A stretch of 64,000 bases of DNA from a virus (Duplodnaviria; Heunggongvirae; Uroviricota; Caudoviricetes): the IMG/VR virus record IMGVR_UViG_3300025011_000017. One strand, given 5' to 3'. The notes under the pieces are model-generated. The model ran no database searches and was not told the DNA's origin. It saw nothing but the letters and a program-made list of their open reading frames with translations. The translations under genes were made by a program, and so were the position numbers. How positions within the stretch are numbered: position 1 is the stretch's first letter; each line of letters starts with the position of its first letter. Shown here one piece after another: positions 1 through 8,100 of this stretch.

Positions 1-1
1 A

Positions 2-187
2 TTTACTAATGAAAAAATGATTTCTTATATTGAGGAAACAAGGAAATATATTATTCCACTAGCTAAAATAGGTAGAAAATCATTTCCTCAATACACTGAC
101 CCAATTTATTATATGAAATATCACTTAGAGAGTATTTGTGACACTATAGAAGGATTGATAGGAAACAAAAATAATGAATCAAACTAA
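2..187 (+). CDS. 5'-truncated CDS; C-terminus resembles phage HD-domain (p)ppGpp hydrolase-like proteins
   Basis: Frame 2 open from the window edge: FTNEKMISYIEETRKYIIPLAKIGRKSFPQY...KYHLESICDTIEGLIGNKNNESN*. Family call is from recalled C-terminal pattern only; the HD motif would lie outside the window. Confidence 0.4.
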   Translation, partial: FTNEKMISYIEETRKYIIPLAKIGRKSFPQYTDPIYYMKYHLESICDTIEGLIGNKNNESN

Positions 188-443
188 ACAAGATTTAAGA
201 AAAAACATGAAGAAAAATCCTAATTTAATTCCTCAATGGAAAAAGGATAATACTGAAAAAGTAGTATTAGATTATATTAAAGAGGAGTGTAGGTTATGTT
301 CTAAGTATTCTAAAATGAATGTTAATGGCGAGGAATTTCATGTATGTAATGATGGACAATTCTTAGAGGTAGGGTATTTTATTATTACTGAGTTTAGCGT
401 AGTGGCGTGTAAGATGATTAAAGAACTTGGAGGAAATAAATAA
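174..443 (+). CDS. hypothetical protein
   Basis: 89-aa ORF overlapping the upstream stop; its stop overlaps the next start (TAATG); CxxC motif. Confidence 0.7.
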   Translation: MNQTKQDLRKNMKKNPNLIPQWKKDNTEKVVLDYIKEECRLCSKYSKMNVNGEEFHVCNDGQFLEVGYFIITEFSVVACKMIKELGGNK

Positions 444-697
444 TGTTTGAATTAATTGAGATTAAGACTGAAAAAGAGAAGGTTGATTATAAAATTCCGT
501 TGCTCATAAAGAATAAAAATAACGGACAATTATATTTATTAATCAATTCTTATAATGAAGATAATTCTAAGAAAACATTTCGTTCAATTAATATGGAAAG
601 TGGAATTCTTCAAGCTAGTATATATTCTTCGGTTGAAGAAGTAATAAATAAATACGATGGGGTCATTTGTAAATCAACTTTATCTTACGAAATATAA
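443..697 (+). CDS. hypothetical protein
   Basis: 84-aa ORF with GGAGG SD, coupled to the upstream gene. Confidence 0.7.
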   Translation: MFELIEIKTEKEKVDYKIPLLIKNKNNGQLYLLINSYNEDNSKKTFRSINMESGILQASIYSSVEEVINKYDGVICKSTLSYEI

Positions 698-795
698 AAA
701 CCAATCTATGAGAGGGGTGATATTTTAGGAAAACTCTAAAATATAAAAGAGTCCACAAAAAATATCTTAAAATTTGAAATGAGATGTTTTAATAA

Positions 796-1314
796 ATGGA
801 CGAAACTACGTTATTTTTAGATCAAAGTACAAAATTGGTTGGATGGAGTATATTTACAAATGATAAATTAATTAGTCATGGATCTTATGATTTATCAAAA
901 ATAAATTCAGGAAAGGATATAGTAGCTCATACAGAAAAAAGAATTCACCTTATAGATAAATTATGTGAACTAATTACAAAATATAATATTGCACATGTTG
1001 TATATGAGGATATTTTTTCTACACCAAATGCAATAACTTTTAAATTACTTGCAAAGGTACAAGGTTCACTTGAAGATATGTCTTTGAGAAAGGGTATAAC
1101 ATTTGAACCAATCTTAGCTACGACTTGGAGGAGCTATCTCCCTCTTATTTGGGAAAAAAAGGGAAGGCACGATAGAAAAGAAGTTAAAAGTGTTGTGACT
1201 TCATATTTTAAATCAATTTTCCCTAATCTTGCCGACAGCACTACGGAAGATGAAAAAGAAGCTATTCTTATCGGCATAGCGTGGACAAAAAATAGAAGTA
1301 AAACAATTCTTTAA
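796..1314 (+). CDS. RuvC-like Holliday junction resolvase
   Basis: RNase H-fold acidic motifs FLDQSTKLVGWSIF, VVYEDIF and C-terminal DEKEAILIG. Confidence 0.8.
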   Translation: MDETTLFLDQSTKLVGWSIFTNDKLISHGSYDLSKINSGKDIVAHTEKRIHLIDKLCELITKYNIAHVVYEDIFSTPNAITFKLLAKVQGSLEDMSLRKGITFEPILATTWRSYLPLIWEKKGRHDRKEVKSVVTSYFKSIFPNLADSTTEDEKEAILIGIAWTKNRSKTIL

Positions 1315-1345
1315 TAGAACCTAAAAAGGTTCTATTTTTTTATCT
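1313..1345 (+). terminator. intrinsic terminator
   Basis: AATAGAACCT-AAAA-AGGTTCTATT followed by a T run. Confidence 0.8.
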
Positions 1346-1352
1346 TAAAAAT

Positions 1353-1381
1353 TTGCATTACTTTTTTATTTATGTTACAAT
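1353..1381 (+). promoter_or_regulatory. sigma-A type promoter with extended -10
   Basis: TTGCAT-17 nt-TACAAT with TG two bases upstream of the -10; GGAGG SD precedes the 1419 start. Confidence 0.7.
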
Positions 1382-1418
1382 AACTTTAATAACTTAATTA
1401 TTTAGGAGGTTATGTAAA

Positions 1419-2750
1419 ATGAGTATTGTTGATGAAATGGTAAAGAATGCTATTGAGGGTAAAATTGAAATGAATATTGGCGTAGACCCTAAAAGTTTTA
1501 GAGAAATTAAAGAAGATATAAAGGACGTAGAGGTTGCTGAAGTTATGGATACTCCTCCTGCCAATGTTCTTGAAGATATGTTAAATGATGGAAATAAGAC
1601 AGAAATATTATATGTTAAAACTGATTCCGAGCCTATAAGTACAGCTTGGAAATTTGAAAACGTAACCCCTGTTTATCGCAACGGTTCTATTGCTAAATAT
1701 GAAACCAAACTTTCCGCAGGAGCATTGGCCCATTTATGGGAGTATGGAAGGGCTAAGTATAAGGGAGATATTCAACGTGGCACAAAAACCAATAAAAAAG
1801 GTGAATCTATAGATGTTTTTTCTCCAACGAAAGTAAAAGAAATATACAATGCAATGATTAATGATAAAATTCATGGTGGCCTAATCACGTTGAATTATTC
1901 AAAAGATAACGAATCTCTTCTTGAATATAATGAAGAAGATGGGACTATTAATGGTTTAGATCCTCTTGATGTTAGCGATGGAAGTCACAGAACAAGAGCT
2001 TGTGTAATGTGGGCAAAAGCATTCGAATTAAATCCTGAAGGTGTTGGAGATCCTAATGATTTTGAATTTATTGTTGCCATCGAAAATTTAACTGACGAGC
2101 AGGCAAAAGGATTATTCGCCGAATATGCATTAAAACCTAAAAAAATTAGTTCTTGCCGAGCAGAATATCTTAATATATTAGACCCTTCAGCTACAATTGC
2201 AAGAAGAATTGTTAAAGAAAGCCAACTACACGAAAAAGTTGAGTTAGTTACCACTTCTATTAAAGGAAAACCTAATTTGATCATAACTTTTTCAACTTTG
2301 ACACAATCTATTAGAAATAATTTTAAACCAGCAACAAAGAATGAGATCGAAAGAATTGGTAATCTATTAATAAAATTCTTTGACGAATTAATTGAAACAT
2401 TCCCAGGATTAATGGGCAATGACTCTGTTAAAAGAGGAGAACAACGCAAGAAATTTTTAGCAATTGAAAATATTTGTTGGAATGGATATATGTCTACTTT
2501 TGCTAAAATAATTGACAGAAAAGATTGGAAGCATAAAATTAATCGTTTAAATAATAATGTAACCATTGGAAATTGGAAAGGTAAATTTCTTTCTAGAGAA
2601 AATCCTATGTTTTCATTTATTTATGATTCTGATGGGAAAATAATCAATAATTCCAGCACAGTTTCTCGCGTAACTAAGATGATTACTGACTATGCACTTG
2701 GAGAGAAAAGTATTGATCAAATTATTAAGGGTGAGGATTTAGCGTCTTAA
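1419..2750 (+). CDS. DGQHR/DndB-like (ParB-superfamily) protein
   Basis: VSDGSHRTRA (DGQHR variant) followed by LFAEYALKPKKIS; 443 aa; strong SD. Confidence 0.65.
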   Translation: MSIVDEMVKNAIEGKIEMNIGVDPKSFREIKEDIKDVEVAEVMDTPPANVLEDMLNDGNKTEILYVKTDSEPISTAWKFENVTPVYRNGSIAKYETKLSAGALAHLWEYGRAKYKGDIQRGTKTNKKGESIDVFSPTKVKEIYNAMINDKIHGGLITLNYSKDNESLLEYNEEDGTINGLDPLDVSDGSHRTRACVMWAKAFELNPEGVGDPNDFEFIVAIENLTDEQAKGLFAEYALKPKKISSCRAEYLNILDPSATIARRIVKESQLHEKVELVTTSIKGKPNLIITFSTLTQSIRNNFKPATKNEIERIGNLLIKFFDELIETFPGLMGNDSVKRGEQRKKFLAIENICWNGYMSTFAKIIDRKDWKHKINRLNNNVTIGNWKGKFLSRENPMFSFIYDSDGKIINNSSTVSRVTKMITDYALGEKSIDQIIKGEDLAS

Positions 2751-2766
2751 AAATAGCAAAAAAAAT

Positions 2767-2811
2767 AATAGGTATCTACAAAATCCATTTAAGGATTGAG
2801 TAGATACCTAT
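2767..2811. terminator. bidirectional terminator between convergent blocks
   Basis: AATAGGTATCTAC...GTAGATACCTATT inverted repeat flanked by A and T runs. Confidence 0.8.
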
Positions 2812-2857
2812 TTTGTTTAAACAGTTTATTATAATTCAATACCTTTCATCTTTTGTG

Positions 2858-3178
2858 TTATTTATTTTGCTCTATTACAAGTTTATTTACAACTATTACT
2901 GCATTTTTAATTACTTCATTTGTAGGTATCTTCCCATTCTCTGACTTATATCTCTCTGTAAATTCTTTTATAAATGCATCTGTTTTTTCATTTCCTTTTA
3001 TTCCCCAAGATTCATAGTTATTTTCTATATAATCAAATATTGATACAATCATATCAACATTCTTTTTAGAAATATATTTTTTATTTATTAAAAATCCTAT
3101 AAGAGCAACTAAACCAATTGACAGCAAAGATAAAGCGGGTGCAGACACCAAAATACTCATTAAAACGATGCTATTCAT
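2858..3178 (-). CDS. holin
   Basis: 106 aa, one N-terminal hydrophobic helix, charged C-terminus, in the lysis cassette. Confidence 0.65.
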   Translation of the reverse strand: MNSIVLMSILVSAPALSLLSIGLVALIGFLINKKYISKKNVDMIVSIFDYIENNYESWGIKGNEKTDAFIKEFTERYKSENGKIPTNEVIKNAVIVVNKLVIEQNK

Positions 3179-3199
3179 AATTCATCAATCCTTTATAAA

Positions 3200-3619
3200 T
3201 TATTTGGAAATTCCATATTTTGCGGCAAAAAAAGCGGCGAGGGCTGTCCCCATAACTTTAAATACACTTATTAAAATATCTTTTATATTATTAGACTTAA
3301 CCTTTGTTATTTCAGTTCCGCTTTTAGACTCTATTTTTTTTATTTCTATGTTACTTTTAGAAGTATTTAAAACAAGTTGGGTCATTGTGTTCATCATAGA
3401 ATTTGTCGTCTGAAGGTAATTATTTTCAAATCTAGTGACTACATCTTTTACATCTGTCATTTGAGTTTGTAAGCCATTAATTTTTTCCTTCACTGTAGCT
3501 CCTTCTACTTCTAACTTTTGAATCTTAAATTCGTGATCTTCTAATTTTCTTCCATGATCATCTAACATCTCTTTAACTTCATTTTCATCCAAACCCATTT
3601 CTAACACCTCTTCTTTCAC
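3200..3619 (-). CDS. XhlA/BhlA-like holin-associated membrane protein
   Basis: Coiled-coil followed by a C-terminal hydrophobic segment; lies between endolysin and holin; GTG start. Confidence 0.55.
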   Translation of the reverse strand: MKEEVLEMGLDENEVKEMLDDHGRKLEDHEFKIQKLEVEGATVKEKINGLQTQMTDVKDVVTRFENNYLQTTNSMMNTMTQLVLNTSKSNIEIKKIESKSGTEITKVKSNNIKDILISVFKVMGTALAAFFAAKYGISK

Positions 3620-3722
3620 TTGACATTATCCTCCTTTTATGATAAAATAGAGTTGCTAAGTTCTATGGAACAAAGCGAATAGAGAGTAATGGAGGACGAT
3701 TCTATTCTCTCTATTTTATTAT

Positions 3723-4433
3723 TTATGCAAGTTCAAGACGTTTAGTAGCATAACCCATTGCTATTATCTGCTTTGCTACTAAATCCGCTTTGCTATTCAA
3801 TACACGTACAGACAAATATACATCTTTATCATTCTTTGTCTCTATATCTGCCATTTTTTGAACAACTCCTTCCTTGAATATCACACCAAAATATTCACAA
3901 ATACCTTTACAATACGCAATTGCTAATAATTGTCTAAAATCTGAATTAGCTAATTTTGTTGCATCACTTACAGTATCAATAAATCCTGTTTCTCCTAAAA
4001 TAGCTGGCATAGAAGTTTCTCTAAGAACCATAATATTTTTTGTCTTTACTCCACGATTGTACCAATTACCTGCATTAACCAAGTGGGGAAGTACAGTTTT
4101 TGCACACTTTTCTGCTCTGCCACCTACTGACTGAACAAGGATTTCTACACCAGTTCCTTTCCCTGCATTAATGTGTATACTTACAAACAAATCTGCATGT
4201 GCATTTTCAGCAATATTAATTCTAGATTGTAAAGATGCTACTAAAGTAGAGTTGTCGCTTACCAAACCTCCTTCTCTAGTCATTACTACGGTAAATCCAT
4301 TCGATTGAAGTAATGGTCGTAATTTTAACGCAATATCTAACGTTAAATCCTGCTCTCTTAAATTATTACCTACTGCACCTGTATCCATACCATGATCGTT
4401 ATGTCCTGCATCCAAAACTACTATATAAGACAT
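3723..4433 (-). CDS. endolysin, N-acetylmuramoyl-L-alanine amidase (Amidase_3)
   Basis: LDAGHN...E, FVSIHIN and AILGETGFI Zn-amidase motifs. Confidence 0.92.
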   Translation of the reverse strand: MSYIVVLDAGHNDHGMDTGAVGNNLREQDLTLDIALKLRPLLQSNGFTVVMTREGGLVSDNSTLVASLQSRINIAENAHADLFVSIHINAGKGTGVEILVQSVGGRAEKCAKTVLPHLVNAGNWYNRGVKTKNIMVLRETSMPAILGETGFIDTVSDATKLANSDFRQLLAIAYCKGICEYFGVIFKEGVVQKMADIETKNDKDVYLSVRVLNSKADLVAKQIIAMGYATKRLELA

Positions 4434-4556
4434 TGTTTTTACACCTCCAAATTAATAAAAATTGATAATTGTTTAAATTATTCCTTTACAAATATTTTAC
4501 CTCTCTCATACTCCACCATACTTCTATTATCTCTAATTTACTACCCAATATGTTTC

Positions 4557-4590
4557 AAAAAAGAGTAATAGAATGACAGTTCTATTACTC
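4557..4590 (-). terminator. intrinsic terminator after the tail module
   Basis: GAGTAATAGAA-ctgtca-TTCTATTACTC then TTTTTT on the - strand. Confidence 0.75.
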
Positions 4591-5169
4591 TTCTTCTTCC
4601 TCTCTATTACTTTGCCATTTCAGATCAATAATTTCTTTTGTAGTTTTAGCATTAGAAATTGTTGATTTCATACTATGATAATCATTCATTTTACTTGTTT
4701 TAAAATTATTAGCATCTTTAAGTAAAATTATAAATTCATCACGACTATGATTTATAACCCCTGCATCCTTTGTGTTCCATGGAATTTCTGTTATTGTACT
4801 ATCCAATGTAAGAATATTTGCCTGTTCATTAAAATTAGCTTGATACTCTAAATTGTATTTATATTGATGAACTTCACCAGTACAAGAAGATTCAAATCCA
4901 TATAAAATATCTAAATTACATTGTTTTTTTATATATTCCACTTTTTGATTTTGTTCTGGTAATAATTTAATCAAATCAGAAACAGGAGTATAAATAGGAA
5001 TATTATCTTGAATTGTATAATCAAATGCTTTTTTAAATAAATATGAATATTGGTTATCGTCAAGATATAAATGAGTTGTTCCATGAGGAATATATTGTAT
5101 CTTATCTTCAAGAGAGCTTGGATATGATAAGTGTTGAATTTTTCCATCTGAATTATAAAATATATTCAC
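4585..5169 (-). CDS. DUF4376-like tail fibre-associated/assembly protein
   Basis: C-terminal QANF...IPWNTKD...IIDLKW pattern; follows the giant tail protein. Confidence 0.55.
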   Translation of the reverse strand: MNIFYNSDGKIQHLSYPSSLEDKIQYIPHGTTHLYLDDNQYSYLFKKAFDYTIQDNIPIYTPVSDLIKLLPEQNQKVEYIKKQCNLDILYGFESSCTGEVHQYKYNLEYQANFNEQANILTLDSTITEIPWNTKDAGVINHSRDEFIILLKDANNFKTSKMNDYHSMKSTISNAKTTKEIIDLKWQSNREEEEE

Positions 5170-5198
5170 ATAATTCCTCCTCCTTTTATAATTTTTTA

Positions 5199-8100
5199 CT
5201 ATACAGGATAAACAATTAAACCTGCTTTTACTAAACGAGTATAATGACCACTATACGATGGGCCACCTCCTATTATTAATTGATTTCCTGCTGATAGAGT
5301 AAAAGGTGTTGATCTAACCGTAGACGCTATTGTATTATATATTTCTACAGATGTTTTACGTGTAAATCCGTATCCATTCCATAATTCTAAAAATAAATAA
5401 GCAGGATCAGAAGAAATAGAACTAAACATTGTAGCTTCTAACGCAAAAGTTGTTCCAATAGACCATGTTGAAGGAACTGTGTAAAGAATATTATTACTAC
5501 TTATATTAACAGATAAGGTCAAAGACGAAGAACCATGAGTTAAATATTTCCAATAACTAGAATTATAACTAATACTAAGATAAGATGAGTTGTCTAAATT
5601 AAACAAAGGAATATACCCTTCTGCAACTTTTGATCCATCTGCTCCTTTTTCTCCTACTATTTTTATAGCAGTTCCAAATGTTCCATATACTCCTATTTTA
5701 GTATGCATATACATATCACCAGTAGCATAAGTAGAATGCCATGAAGTCGAACCATTAACAGAATATTCCACAATAATCGAATCTCCTGAAGCACCATTCT
5801 CACCAGTTAATTTTACTGGATAACTCCAAGATACTATTAATACTCCATTTTGAATAGTTGCTTTTGAAAACCATAATGGTAATGTTCCTGTTGGCGGAGC
5901 ATCATACCATCCTGAAGGATATATTCCAGAAGGATAAGTAGGTTGCGATGAACTTCTCATAAATACATTACTCACATAACTTCCTGAAGCACCTGTTTGT
6001 CCTGTTTGTCCTGTAGCACCATCTTTTACTAAGGCTATTGGTACAGTTTCCTTTATTGTTATTCCTGCATAAACTACAGATAAAGAAACTGAATTTTGTA
6101 AACTTGAATTAAATGTATTTGAACAAGTAGGCAAGAAATAAGAACTATAAGAAGTTCCGCTTAAATTACCTGTGGAAGTCCAGTAATATGATGATGGTGA
6201 AACATATACACCATTCTCATATAATTCACAGTAGAAATAACTTTGTGCAGGAGTTGGGTTAACTCCTGATGAATTATACGAAACACTTCTTGTTCCATTA
6301 GTAATATTAAGAATATATGTTTTTCCATTACTTCCGATTGTTCCATTAGCTCCATCTGATATAATTGGTATTACTTGTTGGTCTAATAATGTCGATATTC
6401 CTCCTGCTAAATACAAACTAACTCTTATAGTCTTAATTCCTGCTGTAAATGAACTATATGTCTTTGTGGACTCATTAATATTTCCAGTATAACGAACAAT
6501 ATAATTAATTCCATCAACAGAATCTTCAATAATAAATCTTCCAGAATAATTTACAGGAGAATTTTCACCTGTTTGAGATTTAGCAGTAATAGTAATAGTA
6601 TTTGGAGTATATACGCCTGTTACAGCTTTTGCTATTGCAGGAGCATCAGTTATTAACCAATAAGAAGTAGCGTCTTTTCCTATAACTCCTGACTTAGATT
6701 TTGCTAATGTATATCTTTTTATAATATCTGAGCTTCCAGTTTGCTTTGCAGTAAACTCAACATATCCAGAATCAACTACCATATTTGTTACTTGATACGA
6801 CTTTCCAGATTGATAACCAACAATTCCTGAACTAGCAACTGTTGTCACAGTCCAATTTGCAGTATCATCAGTTCCACCTTTATAAATATAAATCTTCGAT
6901 ATTGCCCCTGTATAATTTCCACCGTTTCCTAATGAATCTGTAGTTATGGTAGTAGATTCATTATCTAATGTACTATATATTGGAGTTTTAGTATCAACAT
7001 AAGTTTTAGCTGAATTAGAAATAGTAGTTAATATTTCATTTTTAGAATTATAGTAATTACTAAAATTAGCTTTAAATGTTGCGCTAACGATAGGCGATTT
7101 ATTAGTTATATCATTTAGCATAGGTGTAATATAACTACTTAATACATTGTAATAATTAAGATAACTTGTAGTATCAACAGAGTAGGATTGTGCTTGCGCT
7201 ATTATATTAGCTCTTTCAGCAACAATTGCATCCCATATTGGCCTCACTGTTTTCTTTTCTGATATCGAAAAAGTTGTATCTTTTGCAACTTCTGCTATTT
7301 CTTCATTAGCTTTATTTGCGTCTAATTGAGCTTGATTTGCCAACTCTTTTGCCATATTTGCAACAGTATCATCAGTATATTTAGTTGAACTTATAAAATC
7401 TCCTTCAATATAACTTCCTTTTACTTTATTTACTTGACAAACTAATAAATCTCCTTCTTCTCCTTGTGTCCATAAGTCTCCTACGGAATATGGTGGTTTT
7501 GGTACTGATACAAATATTCTTCTTTTTCTATCTGCTGTATCTCCAGATATAGATGATTCTATTAAACTCAAAGTTAAATCTTCATCTGTAATTATTTCCC
7601 AACTATATATTTTATTAGTTACAATAAATCTATAAGCTATATTAGTCTCCATATTTAAAAATAAATCTCCTAAGTGTTCATTTCTTACACTTTTAGATTT
7701 CCAATCTATATATGGTACATTTAATAGTGTTGGGTCATAATTATAAAACCAACAATCAACTTTACCATCTAATAATTGTTGCATATCAGCTTTATCAGAA
7801 GCATAAATGGTATCTCTAAATCCTATTATAGCTTCATCAGTATAAGTTTTAGCACCATCATCTCTAGTTAAAGTTATCTTATTAACAAGAATTGTTTTTG
7901 TATCTTGTGCAGTTTGAAATAATACTTGTATTTCGTCTTTTTGTACTTCACTAATAGAAATAGGATACGAAGATTGATTTAACCAAGGATTCAACCCTTC
8001 TTGAAGTGCAGTTAATGCATTTTGATAATTTTGGGTTTCAGTAATTATTTCTAATTGGTTTGCTAAATTAATTGTCGATGCTGACTCAACATTAATTTGA

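Noticed and set aside
3640-3720. Alternative hairpins between the endolysin and holin-like genes as a riboswitch
   Set aside because: Low-complexity AG/CT-rich pairing with no known aptamer motif.
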